A stretch of 32,000 bases of DNA, from positions 90,070 to 122,069 of the forward strand of contig NZ_JAYKOT010000001.1 in the NCBI RefSeq assembly GCF_035481615.1. The letters run 5' to 3'. Origin of the DNA: Citroniella saccharovorans (GTDB taxonomy: Bacteria > Bacillota > Clostridia > Tissierellales > Peptoniphilaceae). Shown here piece by piece: positions 1-7,883 of this stretch. Under the pieces are notes generated by a model that was given only the letters and a program-made list of their open reading frames with translations, ran no database searches and was not told the DNA's origin. The stretch's first letter is position 1, and each line of letters begins with the position of its first letter. The translations under genes and the position numbers were made by a program.

Positions 1-199
1 AAAGTAATGTCTTTATTCTAACTCCTAAGATTTTTATTCCAGAAGCCTTATAAGAAGCCTCTGGTACTTTTATTATTTTAGACCTAAGTCTTGACTTAAC
101 TTCAGGAATAAATTTTCCTTTTTTCTCTTCTGGATAAATAAGTTCACTTACACTTACAATTTGCTTGTCAATTGATCTTGGATCATTGTTTTTAGTCAT
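1..199 (-). CDS. hypothetical protein, N-terminal part only (gene runs off the left window edge)
   Basis: Minus-strand ATG at 199-197 with GGAGG (rc of 207-211) 7 nt upstream. The frame stays open to position 1 (MTKNNDPRSIDKQIVSVSELIYPEEKKGKF...). It is absent from the ORF track because it is truncated. No family recognised. Confidence 0.4.
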   Translation of the reverse strand, partial: MTKNNDPRSIDKQIVSVSELIYPEEKKGKFIPEVKSRLRSKIIKVPEASYKASGIKILGVRIKTLL

Positions 200-292
200 A
201 GCTACGCCTCCTTTTTTGGTAAATCTTTTATTAAATTATACTATATTCAAATTAAAAATAGTATATTTTTAGATTAATATAAAATAAATTTT

Positions 293-325
293 AAAAAATA
301 AAAAACCCGCAGAATTTTCTGCAGG
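293..325 (-). terminator. intrinsic terminator (hairpin CCTGCAGA-AAAT-TCTGCGGG followed by a T-run on the minus strand)
   Basis: GC-rich 8-bp stem at 306-325. The plus-strand A-run at 293-305 gives the U-tract on the minus strand. It lies downstream of the small peptide gene and the structured region 340-470. Confidence 0.6.
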
Positions 326-573
326 CTTTAAACTTAGAAAGATTTAATATAAATCTACTAAGGGGTAGGCTACTTGCCCTAGAAGGCTCTCGCCAACCTT
401 CCAGGGAAGCTTTTGTTTACCAAAATTTTTTTGTAACAAAAACTTTTTTTAAGGATGATGATTGGTAAACTCACTTTTTAAAAACTATATACCTAAAATA
501 ACATTTTCTTATAAACTCATTTTTTAAATTTAATTACTGTTAATAAAGTTTTCAGTCAAATTGTAAACTGAAG

Positions 574-729
574 TTACATTAATGATGTAGGATTGTCACC
601 AAGGATGAAAATAAATACATCCCAATCATAACCTGGCTTGCTAGCAGCTAGGTCGATATTTTTATTAAGAGGGGCAAATCCTGTTAGTAATGTAGCAACG
701 ACTAATAAAAGCGCTAATATTTTTTTCAT
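574..729 (-). CDS. small secreted peptide precursor, 51 aa (candidate signalling pro-peptide)
   Basis: Hand translation: MKKILALLLVVATLLTGFAPLNKNIDLAASKPGYDWDVFIFILGDNPTSLM*. It has a GAGGAGGAG RBS upstream and an N-terminal signal-peptide-like K-K + hydrophobic core. It is divergent from the regulator at 1023. Too short for the ORF track. Alternative in-frame ATGs at 735 and 738. Confidence 0.5.
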   Translation of the reverse strand: MKKILALLLVVATLLTGFAPLNKNIDLAASKPGYDWDVFIFILGDNPTSLM

Positions 730-1022
730 ATGCATCATCTCCTCCTCACACTTATATATTAATTCATCTAGTTAGAGTTTACAAGGGAAATATGTGACTA
801 GTTCGTCACTTTTGGTATTTTAAAAAAAGTTTATTATAGCAAGATTTATAAAGCACCAATTTCCTTCAATATATTATACAGTATTTTAAGTTTTTTGAAA
901 AGTACATTATCTATTTAAAGTACTTAGTATTAAAGAAAGCTTAATGTTGATAAAAAAGACTCCTTGTCTTATAATTAATAGTGACTTCAAATGACAATAT
1001 TTAATAGAAAAGGAGATGTTTT

Positions 1023-1937
1023 ATGGAAAGTGAAAAAAGTTTAGGACAACTTTTAAAAGATATTAGAAAAGAAAATAAATACACTCAAGAAGATGTCGCT
1101 AAAGCTTTATTCATGAGTAGAAGGACCCTTATAAGAATTGAAAACGATGAAACTGAGCCAACTATAGAACTTCTCTCTCAGCTATCCGACCTATATAGGA
1201 CCAATCTTCTTTCATTAATATATGAAAAAATTAAATTTAAAAATGCATCGGCGATGCATATTATTCAAAATCTTGAAAATATTTGTATGAATAGCAATTA
1301 CGACTCAATAAAAAGTGTGCTTAAGGATCTCTACTCTATTTGCGAAAAAGATCCAGAAAATAAAAATTTATTGCAATACTATTACACTTATTGTGGATTC
1401 TACTATGTAAATTCATCCAAGATGGATTTAAATCTTGCTATAGAATTTCTTAACAGGGCATTAACTATCTTCAATAAAAATTTTGTAATTTCTGAATATA
1501 AAGACTTTGTATATTCAGATATAGAATTAAGGGCATTATGCGCTCTTTCATTAGCCTACAAAAAAAGAGATAAAACTGATGAATATGAAGATATACTAGA
1601 ATATTCTTTTAAGACTTTAAAAAAAATAAGTTCTACCTACTTTATACTTGGCAACCAATATGCTTCAAGCCTTACTTTTCAATCAAGAATTGATGAAAGT
1701 TTAAGTCTAGTTGATAAACTTATTGAAAAAGCTAAAAAGTATAACCATCAAGTATTTCTTCCGCTTTTGTTTTACCTAAATTTTTTAAATTACAATATAG
1801 TTAAGGATTATGAAAAATCTGACCAGTATTTAATAAGCGCAATAGCTTTGGCTGATGTATATTCATCCTATGACCTAAAAAATAGAATAAAAGCTAAATC
1901 CAAAATAATAACACAGTCGAGAAAAACAAGTAAATAA
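1023..1937 (+). CDS. XRE-family helix-turn-helix transcriptional regulator with long helical-repeat (TPR/Rgg-like) C-terminal domain, RNPP-type architecture
   Basis: The N-terminus LGQLLKDIRKENKYTQEDVAKALFMSRRTLIRIENDETEPT is a classic XRE HTH. The remaining ~240 aa are rich in Y/L/N/K helical repeats. GGAG RBS upstream. Confidence 0.7.
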   Translation: MESEKSLGQLLKDIRKENKYTQEDVAKALFMSRRTLIRIENDETEPTIELLSQLSDLYRTNLLSLIYEKIKFKNASAMHIIQNLENICMNSNYDSIKSVLKDLYSICEKDPENKNLLQYYYTYCGFYYVNSSKMDLNLAIEFLNRALTIFNKNFVISEYKDFVYSDIELRALCALSLAYKKRDKTDEYEDILEYSFKTLKKISSTYFILGNQYASSLTFQSRIDESLSLVDKLIEKAKKYNHQVFLPLLFYLNFLNYNIVKDYEKSDQYLISAIALADVYSSYDLKNRIKAKSKIITQSRKTSK

Positions 1938-1947
1938 TTGAGTTTAA

Positions 1948-2034
1948 ATTACAGATAATAATAAATCTACAAGGCAAAAGAGTAAATCTTTAAAGAATGC
2001 AAGTAGACTTAACTAAGTATCTGTAATTTTTTTA
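1948..2034 (+). terminator. long imperfect hairpin + T7, probable terminator of the regulator gene
   Basis: ATTACAGATA (1948-1957) pairs with TATCTGTAAT (2018-2027) and is followed by TTTTTTT. The loop is unusually long. Confidence 0.4.
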
Positions 2035-2114
2035 TTTAATAATTTTAAATTTTATAATAAGAGTTTATTTTTACTTAGTATGGGTATAATAGCTAATGTA
2101 GTCTAAAGGCTACT

Positions 2115-2311
2115 CAAGTTATTGACAAAGTAGCAAAATCCAAAAGGTACGCTGCATACGAAAGAAATTGTAAGAAATTTAAATTGAAATAATCCACCCG
2201 TAAATCGCACTGTTTGAGCGTTAGCGAGTTTGCGATTTACAGGATTATGAGATTTAGAATTTCGGGGTTTCTGCAGTCGGAAAAGCGTTTTTGGATTTTG
2301 TCTACACTCTG
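2115..2311 (+). repeat. MITE-like palindromic repeat, copy 1 (197 bp), flanked by an exact 18-bp direct duplication
   Basis: About 90% identical by eye to 4543-4740. Terminal inverted repeats are built around GTAG(A)CAAAATCCAAAA. The whole element folds as a long imperfect hairpin with a central stem CCCGTAAATCGCA/TGCGATTTACAGG. TGTAGTCTAAAGGCTACT is present at both 2097-2114 and 2312-2329. No ORF. Confidence 0.8.
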
Positions 2312-2363
2312 TGTAGTCTAAAGGCTACTAATATTATAAAAATAAAATTCTAAGGAGGACTTT

Positions 2364-2930
2364 ATGTCATTAGTAGGTAAAAAAATAGAAGAATTTAAAT
2401 TAGATGCTTATGATTCTAAAAATGATAAATTTGTCACAGTTTCAAATGAAGATTTAGCTGGTAAGTGGACTGTATTTATGTTTTATCCAGCAGATTTTAC
2501 TTTCGTTTGCCCAACTGAACTTGAAGATATGCAGGAGCATTATTCTACTCTTAAATCTTTAAATACTGAAGTTTACTCTGTTTCTACAGATACACACTTC
2601 GTTCACAAGGCTTGGCACGACCACTCTCAAGCTATTTCCAAGCTTGAATTTACTATGATAGGCGATCCACAAAAAGACCTAACACAAAAATTAGATGTTC
2701 TTGGGGAAGATGGTCTAGCTCAAAGAGGAACATTTATAATAGACCCAGACGGAATAATCCAATCAATTGAGATAAACTCTGGAAATATGGGAAGAGATGC
2801 TTCTCTTGTAGTAGATAAGATAAAAGCCCAACAATTCTTAAGAGAAAACCCTGGAGAAGTTTGTCCAGCAAAATGGAAAGAAACTGGAAAATCACTTACT
2901 CCTGGACTAGACCTAGTAGGTAAAATTTAA
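2364..2930 (+). CDS. ahpC: alkyl hydroperoxide reductase subunit C (typical 2-Cys peroxiredoxin)
   Basis: 188 aa with the peroxidatic motif DFTFVCPTE and the resolving-Cys motif [18 protein letters not shown]. Immediately followed by ahpF. Confidence 0.95.
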   Translation: MSLVGKKIEEFKLDAYDSKNDKFVTVSNEDLAGKWTVFMFYPADFTFVCPTELEDMQEHYSTLKSLNTEVYSVSTDTHFVHKAWHDHSQAISKLEFTMIGDPQKDLTQKLDVLGEDGLAQRGTFIIDPDGIIQSIEINSGNMGRDASLVVDKIKAQQFLRENPGEVCPAKWKETGKSLTPGLDLVGKI

Positions 2931-4491
2931 ATGTTTTTAGATGAAAATCTAAAAAATCAGTTAAAAGAATATCTAAAGCTTATTGAAAATGATCTTTTGA
3001 TAAGTTTAAGTTTGGACTCTGGCGAAAAAAGCAAAGACCTAAAGGAATTTTTAGAAGAAGTTATAGGTGAGAGTGACGGTAAGATTAGTCTTGTAGAAAA
3101 AAAAACTTCCAATCACTCCATCATTTAGAATTGATAGGAAGAATAAAGAAATTGGAATAACTTATTCAGGGGTTCCACTAGGTCACGAGTTTGAAAGCTT
3201 TGTTATAAGCCTAATTCAAGCTGGAGGAAGACCTCCCAAAATTAGCGATGAAGCAAAAAAAAGAATTGAAAGTATAGAGGAAAAGCTTGATTTTACAACA
3301 TTTGTTTCCCTATCTTGCGTAAACTGTCCAGAAACTGTTTCAAACTTAAATCTTATGGCTGTATTAAATGAAAATATTTCTTCAACAATTATAGAAGGCT
3401 CCTTCAATAGAAAGATGGCTGAAGAGAATAATATTCTTTCAGTTCCAAAAGTATTTCTAAATAAGGAAGATTTTTTAAGCGGGAGAAAAAGCTTAGATGA
3501 AATTTTAGATAAATTAACTAGCCTAAATAAGCTTGAAAGTACTCCAGCTTTAGAAAAAAATTCTTCAGATGAATTATATGACCTTCTAGTTATTGGCCAG
3601 GGGCCAAGCGGGGTAAGTGCTAGCATATATGCAGCCAGAAAATCTTTAAAGACAATAATGGTTGGAGAAGTTTTCGGAGGTCAGGTTTTAGATACAGGGT
3701 CAATAGAAAATATAATAGGAAATAAAATTATAGAAGGTCCAAGCTATATATCGGGCTTAAAAAAACACGTAGAGGACTATCCTATCGAGCTTGCAAGTAA
3801 TGTAAGGGCTGAAAAAATAGAAAAGGTAAATGAAATATTTGTAACAAGTCTTTCAAATAAAAGACTTATAAAATCAAAGACAGTAATTGTGGCAACTGGA
3901 GCCAGTTATAGAAATTTAAATATTCCAGGAGAAAAAGAGTTTAAGGGTAAGGGAGTATCCTACTGCACCCACTGTGATGGCCCATTTTTTTCTGGGATGG
4001 ATGTAGCTGTAATAGGCGGAGGAAACTCTGGAGTTGAAGCTGCAATCGACCTTTCGTCAAATTGCAGAAAAGTTTACCTAATTCAAAGATCAGATAAACT
4101 TTCAGCTGACGAGGTCCTACAAGAAAGGCTAAAAAGTAAGGAAAATGTTCAAATCTTACTAAATGCAGTAAGTGAAGAAATTGTAGGAGAAAAAAAAGTA
4201 GAAAAGCTAATCTATAAAGATAAAAATACCGGCGAAAAGAAAGAAATAAACCTAAGCGGAATTTTTGTACAAATTGGTCTAGACCCAAACACAGAATTTT
4301 TAAACGGTCTAGTAGAGAAAAATAAACTTGGAGAAATTCTAGTAGATGAGTCTCAAATGACAAGCCAAAAAGGCCTATTCGCTGCTGGAGACTGTACAAA
4401 TTCAAAATACAAGCAAATAGTAATTTCCTTAGGAAGTGGAGCAAGTGCAGGGCTTGCCGCCTATGACTATATTGTAAGAAATGGACTATAA
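2931..4491 (+). pseudogene. ahpF: alkyl hydroperoxide reductase subunit F, reading frame broken by one extra base in an A9 run (3097-3105); possibly a sequencing artefact
   Basis: ORF 2931..3128 reads MFLDENLKNQLKEYL..., an AhpF N-terminus. After the A9 run the +1 frame continues LPITPSFRIDRKNKEIGITYSGVPLGHEFESFVISLIQAGGRPPKISDEAKK...SLSCVNCPETV and joins ORF 3355..4491. That ORF carries GQGPSGVSASIYAAR, CTHCDG and GGGNSGVEAAIDL. An A8 run would give one ~520-aa AhpF. Confidence 0.9.
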
Positions 4492-4542
4492 AAAATTACT
4501 AGATAAATAATTAAAGTAAGACCCAGGATTTTTTCCTGGGTT

Positions 4543-4740
4543 CAGGTTGTTGACAAAGTGGCAAAATCCAAAAAGTAGCTTTCCATACGAAAGAAATTGT
4601 AAGAAATTAAAATTGAAATAATCCGCCCGTAAATCGCACTGTTTGAGCGATAGCGAGCTATTGATTTACAGGATTATGAGATTTAGAATTTCGGGGTTTC
4701 TGCAGTCGGATAAGCGTTTTTGGATTTTGTCTACACTATG
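4543..4740 (+). repeat. MITE-like palindromic repeat, copy 2 (198 bp), flanked by an exact 23-bp duplication of the ahpF terminator hairpin
   Basis: Same element as 2115-2311. GACCCAGGATTTTTTCCTGGGTT occurs at both 4520-4542 and 4741-4763. Confidence 0.8.
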
Positions 4741-4741
4741 G

Positions 4742-4767
4742 ACCCAGGATTTTTTCCTGGGTTTTTT
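4742..4767 (+). terminator. intrinsic terminator (ACCCAGGA/TCCTGGGT stem + T6); a second copy lacking the T-run lies at 4521-4541
   Basis: 8-bp GC-rich stem, 5-nt loop and T-run at 4762-4767. It was presumably the original ahpF terminator, duplicated by the repeat insertion. Confidence 0.7.
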
Positions 4768-4852
4768 AATTGAAAAATAAAAGCTAAAGTAGGAGTATTG
4801 ATTTTTAAAAATTTATATAAGATAATATTAGTAGAATAAAAAGGAGGAAGTC

Positions 4853-5611
4853 ATGAATAGTATAAGAATAAAATATCTATTTCACTCAGGATATGTAGTG
4901 GAATTTCCCGATAAAATCCTTATATTTGACTACTATAAAGGAGCCTTAAGTAATTTCCTAAAGAAAGACAAAAAAATATATTTTTTTGTAAGTCACGGAC
5001 ATAAAGATCATTTCAATAATAAAATATTTGACTATAAAGATATCGGTAAAACCTACTTTATCCTATCAAATGATATTCTTGGTGTAAAAAAAGAAGGTAA
5101 AATCTTAAATATCGGTCAAAATAAGGAAGAAATAGAAAATAAAAAGAGAATCCTAGGAAAAAATGTGCATCTTATGGCAAGTAACCAAACTTTTAAAATA
5201 GATGATATGTTAATAAAAACATTCGGATCAACAGATTTGGGAGTTAGCTTTTTAGTTCAAACCCAAGGTGTAGGCATATTCCACGCTGGAGATTTAAACC
5301 TTTGGATATGGGACGAGGACACTAAAGAAGAAAGAGAAGAAATGTATAAAGCCTTTATGAAAGAAATTAAAAAAATTTCACAAGAAAAAGTAGACATAGC
5401 TTTCTTCCCACTTGATCCAAGGCTAGAAGAAAGAGCAGAAGACGGCTTGAAAATCTTTATAGATGAAGTTCCTTCCCAGCTAGTTTTCCCTATGCACCAA
5501 GAAGATGACTACTCCAAATCCATCTCCTTTTTTAACAGTCACAGTGAATATAGAGAAGTTTTTAAACCAATTTACGACAGAGGCCAAACATTTATAATAA
5601 GTTTAGAATAA
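4853..5611 (+). CDS. MBL-fold metallo-hydrolase
   Basis: 252 aa with the HxHxDH motif (VSHGHKDHF). AGGAGG RBS 6 nt upstream. Confidence 0.75.
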   Translation: MNSIRIKYLFHSGYVVEFPDKILIFDYYKGALSNFLKKDKKIYFFVSHGHKDHFNNKIFDYKDIGKTYFILSNDILGVKKEGKILNIGQNKEEIENKKRILGKNVHLMASNQTFKIDDMLIKTFGSTDLGVSFLVQTQGVGIFHAGDLNLWIWDEDTKEEREEMYKAFMKEIKKISQEKVDIAFFPLDPRLEERAEDGLKIFIDEVPSQLVFPMHQEDDYSKSISFFNSHSEYREVFKPIYDRGQTFIISLE

Positions 5612-5745
5612 TTAAGACAAAAGATTAAAGCTAATAAAAGAGATTTACTTGACTTATATATAATTTCCTAACGCCTATTTTAATTATTTTTCTTAAATTA
5701 AACTAATCGTAGATATATTTTAAAAAAATCAAAAAAAATAAAAAT

Positions 5746-5941
5746 CAGAGCGTAGACAAAATCCAAAAACGCTTAGTGGGCTACAAAAATTTAGAAATTC
5801 TAGCTTCTCTAATGCTGTAGGCCCGTAACTCGCTAAGCTCGGCAGTAGGGTTTACGGGCGCATTATTTCAATTTGAATTTCTTAAAATTTCTTCCGAATG
5901 GAACGCTTCCTTTTGGATTTTGCCTTTTTGTGGGCAGTCTG
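5746..5941 (-). repeat. MITE-like palindromic repeat, copy 3 (diverged, inverted orientation)
   Basis: It starts CAGAGCGTAGACAAAATCCAAAAACGC, matching the reverse complement of the right end of copies 1 and 2. The central hairpin GCCCGTAA...TTACGGGC is retained, and it ends TTTTGGATTTTGCC. Roughly 65-70% identity by eye. It is absent from the paralogous empty site near 10875-10897. Confidence 0.65.
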
Positions 5942-5957
5942 AATATAAAAATTTTTA

Positions 5958-6273
5958 TTATGACGACTTTTTAGATTTACTTGAAATGGAAAAGGCAGAC
6001 ATCTCTATTCAAAATCCATATTATATCCACTGTTTGAAAATCTTGAAAATGTAAAGGAAGCTTACAAAAAAGTTTATGAAGGGTCAACAAAGCTTTCACA
6101 TCTTGCTGTAAATGGCAGTGACATGATTGAAATTGGATATGAAGGTGAAAACATAAAAAAAAGTTTTAAAGTATCTGTTGAAACAGGTTATTGCAGGGCC
6201 AAAGATATACGAGTGGGAAAAGTTAATAAATATTGCTCAAAGGGTTAAAGGCGATATTGTTGGGAGTGAATAG
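5958..6273 (+). pseudogene. frameshifted 3' remnant resembling the C-terminus of a CCA-adding enzyme / poly(A) polymerase family gene
   Basis: Pieces in three frames: DDFLDLLEMEKADISIQNP, ENLENVKEAYKKVYEGSTKLSHLAVNGSDMIEIGYEGENIKK and LLKQVIAGPKIYEWEKLINIAQ. The pattern (L-x-[IV]-N-G-x-D-[LM]-x-x-[IL]-G) is recalled from the C-terminal region of Firmicute CCA enzymes. One frame change falls at the A8 run 6155-6162. No N-terminal part is present. Confidence 0.3.
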
Positions 6274-6275
6274 TT

Positions 6276-7619
6276 ATGACTAAAAACATTATAAATAAGA
6301 ATTTTTTGACTAAGGTTCTGGACAAGTCCAACCAAGGTATACACATAGTAGACTCTAACGGTACAACTCTATATTATAATAAGACTGCCGAAGAGATTGA
6401 CGGAATTTCAAAGGAAGAAATTTTAGGCAAAAATATGAAGGACCTTGTTAAAACAGGACTTTTTTCAAGGTCTGTCGCCCTAGATGTTATAGAGTCATGC
6501 AAACAAAAAGAGGTTGTGCAATATATAAATGATAGAGTGGTTATTGCCACTGGTGTGCCTATAACGAAGGACAAAGAGTTAGAAGCTGTAGTGGTGTTTG
6601 TTAAAGACTCTAAAGTTCTACGTGATATGACTTTGCAGCTACAAGATTTACTTATTGAAAATAACTACATGGCCAAAAATCTCTCTAAATATAATTCGAA
6701 GTACTTAAAGGAAGGAATTATAATTTCAAACTCTAAGGCAATGCAAAGGATTATGAAGGTCGCAAATAGAGTTTCAAAGTTAGAAACTCCAATTTTTTTA
6801 CTTGGAGAGCCAGGATGTGGAAAGACTATGTTTGCAAAGTACATCCACGAAAACTCACTTAGAATTGATAAGCCATTTATAAAGCTAGACTGTTCTGCTA
6901 TTCCAAAGTCAATTATCGAAACGGAAATGTTTGACGACGAAAATAGTTACAATGGTTCCCTACTTAAACAAGCGGAAGGTGGAACTCTATTTATTGACGA
7001 GATTGCAGACATGCCACTACCTTGTCAGCAAAGACTTGTGTATGAACTAAATAGAATAAAAAATTCTATGAAATCTCATGGGGCTAGCCCTAGCATAAGA
7101 ATCATAGCTGCATCAAACGAAAATATTAGCAAAAACATTTCTGATGGCAAGTTTAGAATGGATTTGTACTATCTACTAAATATCATCCCAATTAAAATTC
7201 CTCCACTTAGGGAAAGAAGTGAAGATATTATTCCACTAATCAATCTATTTTTAAACAAGTACAATGAGTTTTACAACGAAGACAAGTCAATTTCTCCAAA
7301 TTGTAAAAAGTTTTTAATTAACTACAGCTGGCCCGGAAATGTGCGTGAGTTAGAAAATATAATTGAAAGACTCGTTGTCACCAGCGACACTGATGTAATT
7401 GACGTGGAACATGTGGAAGAGTTTATAAATAATTTCTACACTAAGATTGATGATGGCAAGACTTTTAAAGAAAAAGTAGAAAGTTATGAGAAAAAATTAA
7501 TCCTTGAATATAGTAAACAAGTGTCTTCAATTAAGGAGCTTTCAATCCTTGCAGGGATAAACGAATCCACCCTTCGAAAGAAAATTGAGAGATTTAATTT
7601 AAATATTACATTTTCGTAA
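6276..7619 (+). CDS. PAS-domain AAA+ enhancer-binding-type transcriptional activator with C-terminal HTH, lacking the GAFTGA sigma-54 contact motif (TyrR-like)
   Basis: 447 aa. An N-terminal PAS-like region (GIHIVDSNGTTLYYNKTAEEIDGISKEEILGKNM), Walker A GEPGCGKT, Walker B GGTLFIDEI, WPGNVRELEN and a terminal HTH IKELSILAGINESTLRKKIERF. Where GAFTGA is expected, the sequence reads ETEMFDDENSYNGSLL. Confidence 0.8.
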   Translation: MTKNIINKNFLTKVLDKSNQGIHIVDSNGTTLYYNKTAEEIDGISKEEILGKNMKDLVKTGLFSRSVALDVIESCKQKEVVQYINDRVVIATGVPITKDKELEAVVVFVKDSKVLRDMTLQLQDLLIENNYMAKNLSKYNSKYLKEGIIISNSKAMQRIMKVANRVSKLETPIFLLGEPGCGKTMFAKYIHENSLRIDKPFIKLDCSAIPKSIIETEMFDDENSYNGSLLKQAEGGTLFIDEIADMPLPCQQRLVYELNRIKNSMKSHGASPSIRIIAASNENISKNISDGKFRMDLYYLLNIIPIKIPPLRERSEDIIPLINLFLNKYNEFYNEDKSISPNCKKFLINYSWPGNVRELENIIERLVVTSDTDVIDVEHVEEFINNFYTKIDDGKTFKEKVESYEKKLILEYSKQVSSIKELSILAGINESTLRKKIERFNLNITFS

Positions 7620-7629
7620 CATATCTTTT

Positions 7630-7728
7630 TTCGGAAAATTTTCCAAACGTTCGGAATTTTTTCCGAAATTTTTTTATTCATATTTCCCATTCTTTGGCCT
7701 AAAACTTTTATTTTGGAATTTTTTCCAA
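7630..7728. promoter_or_regulatory. three phased palindromes TT(C/T)GGAA-N4-TTCC(G/A)AA, candidate activator binding sites
   Basis: TTCGGAAAATTTTCCAAA at 7630-7647, TTCGGAATTTTTTCCGAA at 7650-7667 and TTGGAATTTTTTCCAA at 7713-7728. The centres are about 20 and 62 bp apart. They lie between the activator gene and the ureohydrolase gene. Confidence 0.5.
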
Positions 7729-7790
7729 TTACATTTCTTTGTAAGAGAATGTTTTCCTATTTTTTTAACTGCCTTTTTATACTCTAAAAC

Positions 7791-7819
7791 TTGCAATTAT
7801 AACCATTACCCCATATACT
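7791..7819 (+). promoter_or_regulatory. sigma-70-type promoter candidate for the ureohydrolase-transporter operon
   Basis: TTGCAA (7791-7796), a 17-nt spacer, then TATACT (7814-7819), 65 nt upstream of the ATG at 7884. Confidence 0.45.
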
Positions 7820-7883
7820 TTGCTTGTAAATCATTTCTTGCAAGGAAAACAATTTTTAAATTTTATTAAAGGGGTAATGAAAA

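Noticed and set aside
405-425. TGTTTACCA string reminiscent of the 4.5S/SRP RNA sequence around domain IV
   Set aside because: The surrounding sequence lacks the conserved GGAA-tetraloop helix and the AGCA/GGAA symmetric-loop context, so this is only a short chance match.
3216-4444. Minus-strand ORFs 3216..3626 (136 aa) and 3941..4444 (167 aa)
   Set aside because: They are antisense to ahpF, whose plus-strand frame carries all AhpF motifs. The antisense products are low-complexity L/F/S-rich with no RBS.
7694-7710. Possible sigma-54 -24/-12 promoter TTGGCCTAAAACTTTTA upstream of the ureohydrolase gene
   Set aside because: It has the GG but lacks the GC of the -12 element (TTTT instead of TTGC). 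The cognate activator lacks GAFTGA, and a good sigma-70-type promoter lies closer to the gene.
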